Assembly: GCA_963768175.1 (NCBI GenBank)
Contig: CAVYGQ010000001.1
Span: 5,908-69,907 of the forward strand
Source of the DNA: Candidatus Doudnabacteria bacterium
Lineage (GTDB): Bacteria > Patescibacteriota > Doudnabacteria > UBA920
Length of the DNA: 64,000 bases
Direction: 5' to 3'
The position numbers and the translations under genes were made by a program. Positions 1 through 10,291 of the stretch are shown here, piece by piece. The number at the start of each line of letters is the position of its first letter. Position 1 is the stretch's first letter. The notes under the pieces are model-generated. The model had not been told where the DNA came from and ran no database searches. It saw only the letters and a list, made by a program, of their open reading frames with translations.

Positions 1-1
1 T

Positions 2-2560
2 TACAACTCCTTTGGCACGGTAGTAGGCATTAACTCTACCACCCCCACTGCCAACCTGACTGTCCAAGGGATGTCCGGCTCTACCACCCCCATCTTTGTG
101 GTGGCTTCTTCCTCTAATGCCCAATACTTAACTGTCTTGGCTAATGGGAGAGTGGGAATTGGTAGCGCCACCCCCTCAACTACTTTATCTTTACAGGGTA
201 ATTCCGGTACTAACCCTCTATATATCGCCAGCTCTACCGGTACTGCCTTGATGGTTATGCAGCAGAACGGTAACGTCGGCATCGGCACCACCTCCCCTTC
301 CCAAGTGTTAACTGTAGGCAATAACAACCAATTCACTGTTACCTCTGCGGGTAATGCCTCGGCCACCAACCTGACCATCACCAGCTTTAGTGCTGCCAAT
401 AGCTACTGTATCCACTCGGTTAACGGCCTGCTCCAGACCACGGCTTCGGACTGTGGAGCCGGAGGCGGTGGTGCCGGTGGCGGCTGGTCTACTTCTACCC
501 CCAATATCATCTACAACTCCTTTGGCACGGTAGTAGGTATTAACTCCACCACCCCCACTGCCAACCTGACGGTGCAGGGTATGTCCGGCTCTTCTACCCC
601 TATATTTGTGGTGGCTTCTTCCTCTAATGCCCAATATTTAACCGTTTTGGCTAACGGGAATGTGGGGATTGGGACGGGGAGTCCGATGGCTTTGTTACAG
701 GTCGGCGGCGGCTTGCCCACTGCGTCCAGTTCGGGCATCAACTTTGGTGGCGATGCCACGGCGGATTTGTATAGAAGTGGTGCCGGTGAGATTACCACGG
801 ACGGAGGTTTGGTTGTCGGTAGTTATGTGTCGGCTGAGAATTATATTACTACTCCTAGTGCCTATGTCGGGACATATAATGGAGCTAGCGGCGCAAATAC
901 TACTTTTGGCCTTCGCGATACAGCCTATAATTATGATTTTCAGGATTCAACCGGCAACAATCATCTTTTATGGATTCAAAACAACGGTAACGTCGGTATC
1001 GGTACGGAGAACCCGGTCGGGCAACTCCATGTTACCAATACAGATGTAAATAGTGTTTTGGTATCTCCATATATGGGAACCGCCTTCTTTTCCGGAAAGG
1101 TATATGGTAATTTTGGATTGAATATAATTGGCGCTTCCAACTTAGCTACGGGTGACCGCCCGATATTCGGCGCGGTTAGGGCGGAAGGAACACTATCATC
1201 GCCACTCGGCGTTCAGAACGGGGATGAAACGTTTAGTTTCCTTAGCGGCGCTTATGACGGATCGTCGTTGGTTTATCCGGCTATGATTGACTTTGCCGTG
1301 GATGGCGCGGTTTCCTCGGGCGTGGTGCCTACGAAGATAACTTTTATTACCGGATCAAATGCCGGGAACAGGACAGCAAGGTTGACTGTTTCCAGCGGCG
1401 GCAACGTTGGTATCGGCAGTTCCACTCCCGCCCAACTTCTGTCGGTTGCCGGCAATATGCAGTTAACCGGTGCCCTGTTTGACAGTACCAACGCTTCCGG
1501 TACCAGCGGCATGGTTTTACAGACTACCGGCACCGGCACCCAGTGGGTGGCCACATCAACCTTGGGAATTGTCAGCGGCGGTAGCGCGGCCGGCTTAACT
1601 AATGCCATCCAATACAATAACAGCGGAAACTTTGGCGGCAGCCAGATGTTCTGGCTAGATGCCACTTCCGCTTTGGGCATAAACTCCACTACCCCCAATG
1701 CCACCTTAGTTGTCCAAGGCACAACTACCCAATCGACATTACCGATTTTAGTCATAGCTTCGTCTTCCGGCGCCACTATTTTGTCTGTTTCCGGCTCGGG
1801 TCTTATTGGGGTTAATACTAGCACAGCTACTTCGATAGTTGATATTCAGGGTCTGCCGGGTTCCGCCGCGCAGTTATTTGATGTCGGTTCTTCCAGCGGC
1901 GCCTCTTATTTCCATGTTGCCGCTAATAGTTATGTCGGCATCGGTACTTCTTCTCCGGTTGCTCAATTGTCCGTTTTGGGAATTTCCGGGAATAATCCGT
2001 TGCTTAGCATTAATTCCTCTACTGGCGCCTCCTTAATGTGGATGGGCGCCAACGGCATGTTAGCGCTGGGATCATCTACTGCTACCGCAATATTGGATGT
2101 CCAAGGCTTGCCGGGTTCCGCCGCGCAGTTGTTTGATGTTGGCTCTTCCAGCGGCGCTTCTTATTTCCACGTTGCCGCTAATGGTTATGTCGGCATCGGT
2201 ACCTCCTCGCCAATCAGCCAGTTAAGTGTGAACACTACGGCAGCCTTAACTAACGATCAGGTAACCATAACTAATGTTAATAACCCGGTGACGACAGCCG
2301 GAGTCAGTAATTTACAGTTATCTTATTTTGGCGGTGCAATGGGCATAGAATCCAGCGCCGAGAGAATAGACCTAACTGCCGGTACAAGCACCGGCGGCAC
2401 CTGGAACGGTTTGCGCATTACCGGCGCGGCTACCGGCCCGCTAGCCGGGGTGGTGGAAAACAGCATCAAACTGCAAGGCCCCACTGCTTGGGCGCCGGCG
2501 GACAGTTTAACGCGATTTATATTCCTTTGGCTAACTCCGGTACCGCCACCGGCACCATAA
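2..2560 (+). CDS. Giant tandem-repeat surface/adhesin-like protein, N-terminal portion. The 5' end is truncated by the window edge and it probably continues into the 2488..8082 ORF after a 1-nt frameshift.
   Basis: Open in frame 2 from the first base, so the ATG at 71 is not a real start. About 44-aa repeats (ASSTGTxLMxxQNGNVGIGTxSPxxLxVQG) are iterated many times, and bases 1-130 repeat 510-640. Confidence 0.6.
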   Translation, partial: YNSFGTVVGINSTTPTANLTVQGMSGSTTPIFVVASSSNAQYLTVLANGRVGIGSATPSTTLSLQGNSGTNPLYIASSTGTALMVMQQNGNVGIGTTSPSQVLTVGNNNQFTVTSAGNASATNLTITSFSAANSYCIHSVNGLLQTTASDCGAGGGGAGGGWSTSTPNIIYNSFGTVVGINSTTPTANLTVQGMSGSSTPIFVVASSSNAQYLTVLANGNVGIGTGSPMALLQVGGGLPTASSSGINFGGDATADLYRSGAGEITTDGGLVVGSYVSAENYITTPSAYVGTYNGASGANTTFGLRDTAYNYDFQDSTGNNHLLWIQNNGNVGIGTENPVGQLHVTNTDVNSVLVSPYMGTAFFSGKVYGNFGLNIIGASNLATGDRPIFGAVRAEGTLSSPLGVQNGDETFSFLSGAYDGSSLVYPAMIDFAVDGAVSSGVVPTKITFITGSNAGNRTARLTVSSGGNVGIGSSTPAQLLSVAGNMQLTGALFDSTNASGTSGMVLQTTGTGTQWVATSTLGIVSGGSAAGLTNAIQYNNSGNFGGSQMFWLDATSALGINSTTPNATLVVQGTTTQSTLPILVIASSSGATILSVSGSGLIGVNTSTATSIVDIQGLPGSAAQLFDVGSSSGASYFHVAANSYVGIGTSSPVAQLSVLGISGNNPLLSINSSTGASLMWMGANGMLALGSSTATAILDVQGLPGSAAQLFDVGSSSGASYFHVAANGYVGIGTSSPISQLSVNTTAALTNDQVTITNVNNPVTTAGVSNLQLSYFGGAMGIESSAERIDLTAGTSTGGTWNGLRITGAATGPLAGVVENSIKLQGPTAWAPADSLTRFIFLWLTPVPPPAP

Positions 2561-5500
2561 TCGGCCTGAACATCAGCAGCATTACCGGCGGCTCGGCTAC
2601 CGAAACCGCCATCTCCATCGGCAGCGGCTGGGATTCCTACTTAAACATCGCCACTATCTCCACCACGACCTTAATCAACATCCAGGGCACGGCCGGCCGC
2701 GATACCTTGAACATCTCTTCCTCCACCGGCGCTTCCATGTTCTATATTACAAATGGCGCCAGGATCGGGATTAACAGCTCTACGCCCGCGGCCACCCTCT
2801 CCGTCCAGGGAGCTGCGGTCGCCAACCCCTTGCTTATTGCCAGCTCCACCGGTACCGTCTTAATGGCCATCCTGCAAAACGGCAACGTCGGCATTGGCAG
2901 TGCCAGCCCCATTACCACCTTAGCCCTAACCGGCACTGTCGGGACCAACCCCTTAGTGGTTGCCTCTTCCACCGGTACCCAGCTCCTCACAATATTACAA
3001 AACAGCAATGTCGGTATCAGCAGTGCTACACCTGTGGCGACTCTCTCGCTGCAAGGCACTTCGGGAACCAATGCCCTTTTTATTGCCAGCTCTACGGGAA
3101 CCGGCCTGATGATCATTCAGCAAAACGGCAACGTGGGGATTGGCAGTTCCAGTCCCTCTACTAGCCTGGCCATCCAGGGTGTGGCCGGTTCCAGCGACTT
3201 GTTCAACATCGCCTCTTCCAGCGGTATTTCCGTCCTGCGCATTACCGCTACTCAAAGAGTGGGCATCGGTTCCACCAGCCCCATTGCTACTTTAGCTATA
3301 CAAGGCACTTCCACCTCGCCGACTTTGGACGTTTTAGACATAGCTTCTTCCACCGGTGCTATATTATTTAACGTCCTAGCTAATGGTAAAGTTGGTATTG
3401 GGACTTCGTCTCCGGCACAAACTTTGACACTGCAGGGCACTTCGGGAACGGATTTGCTCAACATCGCTTCCTCAACTGGGGCGAGTATAATGTATATAAT
3501 GCAGAATGGCAACGTCGGCATTGGCACCACTACTCCGGCCGCCACCTTAAACGTGCTGGGTACGGGTATTTTCCAAAGCACTACTAACACTCCCACGGCT
3601 TTCCAGGTGCAAAACGCCAGCGGCACCCCCATCTTGCTGGTTGACACCACGCCGACCTTTGGCGCCACCACCACCAATTACATCGCCAATCCGGGCTTTG
3701 AAGTCAACACCTCCGGCTGGGCGGCTTCCGGCACCGGCGCCACCATTGCCCGGGTGACTACCAATAAGTATATGGGTCTGGCTTCATTAAAGATTGACAG
3801 CTACGGCTCGGGAGCCGGCCAAGGAGCCAGCACCACCGTATTTACCATGAGCCCCACTGCCGGCACCTATGTCTTGAGCTTCTACGCCCGCACCGACATC
3901 AGCTCCTCCAGCTTTAGCACTTTAATGGCCGGCTATAGCACCAGCACCCAGTTCTCCGCCTGTACCCTAAACTCCAACACGGTCTCCAACTTGGGCTGGA
4001 GACGCTATAACTGCAGCTTTACCGTAAGCGGCCCCATTACCCAAATCTTCATCGGCCAATCCGATGCCAACCCCAACCGCACCTTCTATATTGATTCCAT
4101 CCAGCTGCAGCTGGGCAGCGCGCCCACCCCTTACGCCATCGGCAACATCCAGCTCCGCGGCGTCATTACCAGCCCGGTGTCCCTGCAGTCCCTGTCTAAC
4201 TCCGTGACCGCTTTCCAAATCCAGGATCAGACCGGAGTATCCAACCTGTTCATCGCCGATACCTTAAACAACGCCATTGACATCGGCACCTCTACCGGCA
4301 CCTCCGTTTTGAACATCCAGGGGGTAGCCGGCAGCACCAACGGTTTAGTCAGTATTTCTTCCTCTACTGGCGCTTCGCTGATGTATTTGGGCGCCAATGG
4401 CAAAGTCGGCTTTGGGTCTTCCACGCCAAACGCTACAATGGTGGTTGAGGGGGCCACGAACTTGCCGACTTCGGATATCTTACGCGTCGCCTCGTCATCT
4501 AACGCGGTTTTCTTAAATGTTACCGCGGCTGGCAATGTCGGCATCGGCACCACCACGCCGGCTACGGCTTTGAGCGTAGTTGGGTCCATTACCTCTACAG
4601 TTTTAGCCGGTACCGCCAATGGCATAGTCTATGTTGACGCCACGGGAAAATTAATCAACACCGTTTCCCCGCAGAACTTGGGCGTCAACCAATGTTTAGT
4701 TTCCAATAATGGCGGTACCCCGGCTTGGACCACCTGTACTTCTATTAACAGCACGACTACTATCTGGTCTTCCTTGGCTAATCCGACTGCCGCTTTGACC
4801 GTTAACATGGGTTCTAACACTACTAACTTTACTTATGGCAACACTACCGGCTCCGGAGTCAACTTATTTACCTTTAATGACAGCGCTAACAATACCGGCA
4901 CCGGCAGCTTATTCACCTTAAGTTCCAATACTGGTTCGGCATTAAATCCTTTCCAGGTGTTAGTCTCTTCCACTACGCCGGCCTTGGTCGTAACCGCTGG
5001 CGGTTTTGCCGGTTTTGGCACAACCACCCCCACTAGTGCTTTGTATATTTTAAACAGCACGACTTCTTTGTTCTCCATTGCCAGTACCGTCGGCTCTAGC
5101 TTGTTTGATATCAGGAATATTGGCGTTACTTTTGGCGCCGCGGGTTACGCGGGCGCGTTTGTCAGCAAAAACTCCTACTTTGGCGAAGAATACAGCCAAT
5201 TTCACAGCTTGGTTTTGACCGTAACCACGGCCGGCAAGGGAGGCACCTCCCAGGTCCGCGGCCAAAGCTCAACCTTAACCGCCAATACCGCCGGCAACGG
5301 CACCATGACTTTTAACACCAACATTACCGCCACCCCCGGCGGCTGTACCGCCACTTCCACCAACGCGCTCAACGGCATAGAAACAGTCATAGCTTCTTCT
5401 ACCGTCAGCACCAGCGCGTCTTGCATGGAAACCGTGACCACCAACGCTTCGGCTACCTTGTTGTCCATGTTCAATCCCAACAACCTGCCGGTGGTGGAAA

Positions 5501-8082
5501 TTAAAGCCAGTTCCACCAGCGTTACGGCCGCGGGCGCGACCCAGCCAAATTTGGTAGGCGCGGTCTTTTTGGGAATTGGCGATACCGCGGTGGCCTCTTC
5601 CACGCCGCCGAACAACGGCATCGTTTTTACTAATTGTACAAACCTTGCCTGTACCGCGACTTCCAGCAACTGGACCGGTATGGTCATAACCGCCGGCACT
5701 GTCAATACGGTTTCCTGTCCCGCCATAACTTTGGGCAAAATGGCTTTGCTGCGCTTTGAAGTCGCGTCTACTTCCAAGGTTAACTTTTTTGCGCAAAACA
5801 ACGTGGCTAACGGTCCTTACGAAACTTTCTGCGGCAGTGTTAACGCGGCTCTGCCCAACGTCAACATGACCGTGATGATGGAAGACAGCAGCACAGGCAC
5901 AAATAAAACCATATTGGATTTGGATTACTTCCGCGCCTGGCAGGACGATACTCCGCTGAATCCCGCCAATAATCCTCCCTCTGCCTACCAGGCCGCCTCT
6001 GCCGTGCCTGACTTAGTTACTTATGCGGCTTTAAGCCAGCGCTATCCGTCGTCCGGTGATATTCCCGACGGCTCCTTAGTCAGCTGGAATACTTCCACCT
6101 CCACGCCCTCAGTTGGGCTTTCATCCGTCCCTTATGACCAGCATATTTTGGGCGTAACCGTGCCTGAAGGCTCCATGAGCATAAACGATATGTCCGGAGG
6201 CGGAGCAGAAGTGGCGATTTCCGGCCGCGCCAGTTTGCAGGTTAGTTCGGAAAACGGCGGCATAGAGCCGGGCGACTACCTAACCTCTTCCGATATCCCC
6301 GGAGTCGCCATGAAAGCCATTAAAGCCGGCTTGGTGATTGGCAGGGCGTTAACCGAGTTTGCCGCCAGCGGTACTGGCAGCGTGGCGGTCCAAATCAGCC
6401 CCACTTACTTCTTTGGCGACTTAAATTCCCTTGCGGGCATAACCCAAGGGACGGGCAACGCCTTCTCCCAAAACCTGCTGACTTCATTGCAGGGCCAGAG
6501 CCAGCAGCTTTTGGCTTCCGCTACCGGCAGTTTGTCGCAAATCTACACCGACCGCGTAGCCGCCCTGCAGGTGGTAACGCCGCAATTAGTCAGCAACAGC
6601 TTAATGGTCAACAGCATCCAATCGGCGAGTAGTTCCGACTTAAGCATTTTGCTCGGCCAGAATAACCGTTTGGCGATTTTAGCCACCGGCACGCCGCAGG
6701 CCGGCTCCGGGCAAATTGTGCTAAGCGTAAATGCTTCCGGTAATCTGGTTACCTCCGGCACATTGGTGGTCAAAAACGGCCGGAACGTTTCGCAAATGTA
6801 TCCGGTTATAGACCAAAGCCTGGAGCCGGGCGATATTGTGGCTTTGGCTACCAGCACGATGGCTTCCGGCTCGCCCATTAGCGGCTTGGTCAAGGCTTCC
6901 AGCTCCACGCCCGATGTCTTGGGTGTTATTGCCAGTGAGCCGGGCTTAGTCCTGTCGGGCAGGACCGCCAGTTCCTTGCCGGTGTCGCTAATCGGCCAGG
7001 ACATAGTTAAGGTTTCTTTGGAAAACGGTAAGATTGAACCGGGCGACTACTTAACACTGTCCGCCATTTTGCCGGGCTACGCCATGAAGGCCGTTTATTC
7101 CGGCAATGTCATTGGGCGGGCCATGGCCGCCGCGACCGGCACTCCGGCAACATCCACAACCACCCTGCTTAGTTCCATCCAGTACGGCTGGCAGAACATT
7201 AATAATACTTTTGTACTTGGTGCCAATGACGGCCAACTGGCAAACGCGACTTCCACCTTTATGGTTTTGAGCTCGGCTTCTTCCACCGCCGCCACCATGT
7301 TGGTCAATCAAATGGGCAGCGGCGGTTTGTTACAGCTCCAGCAAAACGGTGAGGACAGATTGTTAATTGCCAATGACGGCAGCGTGAATATTTTGGCCAG
7401 TACCACCCTTGCCACTTCTACCGTATTGAGCGTGAAAGATTCCACTAGCACGCTGTTTTCCATAAACGCCCGTGGCGACGCGGCAGTGGCGGGAATAATA
7501 GTAATTAAAAACGATACGTTTGCTGGAAGCATTGCTACTGATATCAACGGGGAAGCTCAAATTATGTTTAGCTACGATGTAGGCACGGGCAAGCCGGTGG
7601 TTCAGCTAACGCCGGAAGCGGAAGTTCCGGTATTTGCTCAAGTTTTATCCTGGAGCAAAGATTCCAACCAAAATTATACAGGTTTTACTATTAAAACCTT
7701 CGGTCTGTCCGGCGCGCCGGTTTCCGCCATTGTCCACTATTTGGTGGTAGGGAAAGAAGATGGCTATCAAACTCAAGGCCAGGTTTTGCAGGTTACGCAG
7801 GCTTCGTCCGTAAATCAAGCCACAAATTCCGGACAGGTTGACCTTCAACCGGATTCGGAATCTTCAACCTCTACTGCGCCAAGCGACGCCAGTGCTTCTT
7901 CTACTTTTTCAACTACCTTGGCAACTTCGTCCGATTCGTCAATTCAGACTGCTTCGCTGGCCGCGGCTCCGGCCGCACAATCCGCCGCGGCCGCTCCTTC
8001 GTCCACTGATGATACCGCCGCCTCTGCCCCGGATACCGTTGGACAATCCGCCGCGGCTGACAACGCATCGCCAACAAATTAA
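2488..8082 (+). CDS. Giant repeat protein, C-terminal portion. It has more NGNVGIG repeats, a CBM4/9-like carbohydrate-binding module (around 3640-4150), a duplicated 'ENGxIEPGDYLT...GxVIGRA' module (around 6240-6360 and 7020-7130) and a Ser/Thr/Ala-rich C-terminal tail.
   Basis: 1864-aa ORF. Frame 1 is already open from 2311, and the protein-like translation switches from frame 2 to frame 1 around 2470-2510. The NPGFE..GW..YxxS motif is typical of a CBM. Confidence 0.6.
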   Translation: MGAGGQFNAIYIPLANSGTATGTIIGLNISSITGGSATETAISIGSGWDSYLNIATISTTTLINIQGTAGRDTLNISSSTGASMFYITNGARIGINSSTPAATLSVQGAAVANPLLIASSTGTVLMAILQNGNVGIGSASPITTLALTGTVGTNPLVVASSTGTQLLTILQNSNVGISSATPVATLSLQGTSGTNALFIASSTGTGLMIIQQNGNVGIGSSSPSTSLAIQGVAGSSDLFNIASSSGISVLRITATQRVGIGSTSPIATLAIQGTSTSPTLDVLDIASSTGAILFNVLANGKVGIGTSSPAQTLTLQGTSGTDLLNIASSTGASIMYIMQNGNVGIGTTTPAATLNVLGTGIFQSTTNTPTAFQVQNASGTPILLVDTTPTFGATTTNYIANPGFEVNTSGWAASGTGATIARVTTNKYMGLASLKIDSYGSGAGQGASTTVFTMSPTAGTYVLSFYARTDISSSSFSTLMAGYSTSTQFSACTLNSNTVSNLGWRRYNCSFTVSGPITQIFIGQSDANPNRTFYIDSIQLQLGSAPTPYAIGNIQLRGVITSPVSLQSLSNSVTAFQIQDQTGVSNLFIADTLNNAIDIGTSTGTSVLNIQGVAGSTNGLVSISSSTGASLMYLGANGKVGFGSSTPNATMVVEGATNLPTSDILRVASSSNAVFLNVTAAGNVGIGTTTPATALSVVGSITSTVLAGTANGIVYVDATGKLINTVSPQNLGVNQCLVSNNGGTPAWTTCTSINSTTTIWSSLANPTAALTVNMGSNTTNFTYGNTTGSGVNLFTFNDSANNTGTGSLFTLSSNTGSALNPFQVLVSSTTPALVVTAGGFAGFGTTTPTSALYILNSTTSLFSIASTVGSSLFDIRNIGVTFGAAGYAGAFVSKNSYFGEEYSQFHSLVLTVTTAGKGGTSQVRGQSSTLTANTAGNGTMTFNTNITATPGGCTATSTNALNGIETVIASSTVSTSASCMETVTTNASATLLSMFNPNNLPVVEIKASSTSVTAAGATQPNLVGAVFLGIGDTAVASSTPPNNGIVFTNCTNLACTATSSNWTGMVITAGTVNTVSCPAITLGKMALLRFEVASTSKVNFFAQNNVANGPYETFCGSVNAALPNVNMTVMMEDSSTGTNKTILDLDYFRAWQDDTPLNPANNPPSAYQAASAVPDLVTYAALSQRYPSSGDIPDGSLVSWNTSTSTPSVGLSSVPYDQHILGVTVPEGSMSINDMSGGGAEVAISGRASLQVSSENGGIEPGDYLTSSDIPGVAMKAIKAGLVIGRALTEFAASGTGSVAVQISPTYFFGDLNSLAGITQGTGNAFSQNLLTSLQGQSQQLLASATGSLSQIYTDRVAALQVVTPQLVSNSLMVNSIQSASSSDLSILLGQNNRLAILATGTPQAGSGQIVLSVNASGNLVTSGTLVVKNGRNVSQMYPVIDQSLEPGDIVALATSTMASGSPISGLVKASSSTPDVLGVIASEPGLVLSGRTASSLPVSLIGQDIVKVSLENGKIEPGDYLTLSAILPGYAMKAVYSGNVIGRAMAAATGTPATSTTTLLSSIQYGWQNINNTFVLGANDGQLANATSTFMVLSSASSTAATMLVNQMGSGGLLQLQQNGEDRLLIANDGSVNILASTTLATSTVLSVKDSTSTLFSINARGDAAVAGIIVIKNDTFAGSIATDINGEAQIMFSYDVGTGKPVVQLTPEAEVPVFAQVLSWSKDSNQNYTGFTIKTFGLSGAPVSAIVHYLVVGKEDGYQTQGQVLQVTQASSVNQATNSGQVDLQPDSESSTSTAPSDASASSTFSTTLATSSDSSIQTASLAAAPAAQSAAAAPSSTDDTAASAPDTVGQSAAADNASPTN

Positions 8083-8449
8083 CCTGGTCAAAAAAATCGT
8101 CTTTTTTCCCTTGCTGGGGCGCATCAATATTTTTAAAAACAGCCCTCCAACCCGAGAGGGATCAAAACCGGCCCTCTGGTGGAAGTCTTCAAAAAGCCTT
8201 ATAATATTCCTAAACGGCCATTACGCCACCGAGGTGGTACTATAAAAGAGTTCCCAAAAATCCAACCAAGATTTTTATAAGGGATTTTTGGGATAGAGGG
8301 GCAACAACGAATTGAGCGAAAGTTTTATTCGCGACGTAGAGCGAGTGAAAGTATATGCCTCCGGCAGATACTTTCCGAGCCGAGGAGCTAATGCAGGCTT
8401 AGGCCGTTATTCTAATAAAATTTAAACGAAAACGAGTTTATTGCGGCGA

Positions 8450-8742
8450 GGTTCCGTAGCTCAATGGATACCCGCCCGACTCGCCTGACGAGGCCTCGTA
8501 GCTCAATGGATAGAGCCGCGCTCTTCTAAGGCGCTGATGTAGGTTCGATTCCTACCGAGGTCACCAGACGAGTCAGGCGGGCGGGGAGCAGTGTTCTTCT
8601 AAGGCATTGATGTTGGCTTGCCTCGCACCAATTTCCTTAGTTGTTCTTGATGTGTAATATTATTATTGCAGAAAAAAATATTCATTCAATAAGAGTTGGT
8701 TAGGGGAATTGGTGCGGGGTGAGATTCCAACCGGGACCGCCA
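8450..8742 (+). pseudogene. Degenerate tRNA-Arg(TCT)-like gene interrupted by two insertions. An IR-flanked cassette holding the intact tRNA-Arg sits in the D-region, and a ~100-nt hairpin element sits in the T-loop.
   Basis: 8450-8470 matches the tRNA 5' part at 19 of 21 positions (GGTTCCGTAGCTCAATGGATA). 8583-8615 matches the D-stem 3' strand plus a wobble-paired TCT anticodon arm. 8616-8742 gives a T-stem GTTGG/CCAAC, acceptor 3' strand CGGGACC, G and CCA. The first insert is bounded by the imperfect inverted repeat cccgcccg..gcctgacg / cgtcaggc..gggcgggg. Confidence 0.4.
8492..8566 (+). tRNA. tRNA-Arg (anticodon TCT)
   Basis: Cloverleaf readable by eye: acceptor GGCCTCG/CGAGGTC, D-arm GCTC-AATGGATA-GAGC, anticodon loop CTTCTAA, T-arm GTAGG-TTCGATT-CCTAC, discriminator A and an encoded CCA. 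Confidence 0.85.
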
Positions 8743-8935
8743 TGAATTTAAAAGTCTTTCAGGTGTATAACTTTACTTGACACTAAATAACAAAAGGGTT
8801 AAATAGAAGGGGGGAGGGGGGAAAGGAGACCTTAAGACCTAAGATTTTTTAATAACAAATTTTATTAAATAGTCTCATATTTTAGCCTGATCATGGAGTT
8901 TAAATTTTTGATTTAAAATCCTACATTGGGAGGAG

Positions 8936-9121
8936 GTGATAAATATGCAGAATTTTCACATGTATATGTGCGATGGCTGCGGCTATTCCCGCGAAAAACC
9001 CGGAATCTGTCCATATTGCCAGGCTCCATTGACGGTTTATAGCAAGGAAGACCAGGCGGAGTATCTGGTGGATATGGAAGAAGCTATGCGCACAATGAGC
9101 GAGTATAAGTGGTATGTGTGA
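8936..9121 (+). CDS. Small zinc-ribbon (rubredoxin-like CxxCG...CPxC) protein, 61 aa
   Basis: Strong RBS GGGAGGAGGTGA upstream, a TTGACA-17-TAAATA promoter near 8767-8800, and the motifs MCDGCGY...CPYCQ. Confidence 0.5.
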   Translation: MINMQNFHMYMCDGCGYSREKPGICPYCQAPLTVYSKEDQAEYLVDMEEAMRTMSEYKWYV

Positions 9122-9170
9122 ATAACAAATAATTAATAATTGATAACAGAAAACATGTTATACAGCAGTT

Positions 9171-9202
9171 AAAACCCCGCATTAAACGATGCGGGGTTTT
9201 GT
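9171..9202. terminator. Bidirectional rho-independent terminator hairpin (AAAACCCCGC-attaaacgat-GCGGGGTTTT)
   Basis: GC stem flanked by A- and T-runs, between convergent genes. Confidence 0.6.
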
Positions 9203-9215
9203 TATGGGTTATAAA

Positions 9216-10291
9216 TTATTTGTTATTAGTTTTTCCGTGGTATTTCCTATGGATTTCCCTTAACCCTTGGTCGGTAACGTGGGTATAAATTTGCGTAGTG
9301 GTTATGCTGGAGTGTCCTAGCAGGGTTTGGACTGAGCGGATGTCGGCGCCATTTTGCAAAAGATCAGTGGCAAAGCTATGGCGCAATGTATGGGGCGTGA
9401 CTTTTTTTACAATTCCGGCCAAGCGGCAATATTTTTTTATAATCCTTTGGATTTGGCGGGGAGTGAGCCCGGACTGATTTGAGATTTCGGGTTTCTGGCT
9501 TGAAGATTTAAAACCTTGGGAGGCTATTTCTTTTTCCATTCTTTTTTGTCTGGCATCGACGGATTTCTTGTCGGTCTTTTCGGGTTTATCGGAAACTTTG
9601 CCAATTGTGGAATGGCCAATAAATAAAGCTTTGCTGTTGTCCTTTCTTTTGGCCAAATACTTTTTTAAGTCCTGGGCGGCTTCGTCGCTCAAAAATACCA
9701 GGCGCAATTTGCTGCCTTTGCCACGGACGGTAAATTCCCTTCTTTCCAAATTAATGGAGTCGCGTTTGAGCCCGGCGACTTCGGAAACGCGCAAGCCGGT
9801 GGAAAAGAGCGTTTGCAAAATTGCGGCATCCCTTAAGCGGGGAAGCTCTTGTTTTTCCTGGGCGGTGGCGGCGAATAGCCGTTGCAACTCCTCTTTCCCC
9901 AAAAATTCCACTTGCCTTTGGGGATTTTTTGGCAGCTCAATTTTTTCCGGACTTAAAGTTTTTACGTCATTCTTCATCAAGTATTTTAAGAATGCCCGGA
10001 GCGCGATTAAATGGTAGTTTTGCGTAATCAGTTTAAGAGTGCCGCCCTTGTCGTTTTCCAGCCTGTTTAAATAAAGCCGGTATTTGTTTACCGTCTGTAA
10101 AGTGATATCTTTTGGATCTTTCACCCCCAAGCTTGCCGCAAAACGCAAAAATTTAATTAAGTACCTGTAGTAAGCCGCTACAGTGTTAGGGCTTTGATTT
10201 TTTGCAATCTCGGAATACTCCAAAAAGTCGTTAACATAGGTCTGTAGGGGAGTAAGCTGAACCGGGCTTTTTTTAGGTTGATTTTCCATGT
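9216..10291 (-). CDS. xerD: Tyrosine site-specific recombinase/integrase (XerC/XerD family) with an internal K/S-rich insertion
   Basis: N-terminal SAM-like core-binding region, and C-terminal R...HTLRHSFAT...LLGHSSITTTQIYTHV catalytic motifs. Start placed at MENQPKK, because the upstream ORF extension is non-coding repeat DNA. Confidence 0.85.

Noticed and set aside
1-399. A minus-strand 132-aa ORF, plus several other minus-strand ORFs across 1-8000
   Set aside because: They lie antisense to the giant repeat protein. Their repetitive, low-complexity translations mirror the sense-strand repeats.
8100-8440. A possible ncRNA (SRP, 6S or tmRNA) in the gap after the giant protein
   Set aside because: No conserved SRP domain IV, tmRNA tag or T-arm/CCA motifs could be found, so it is left unannotated.
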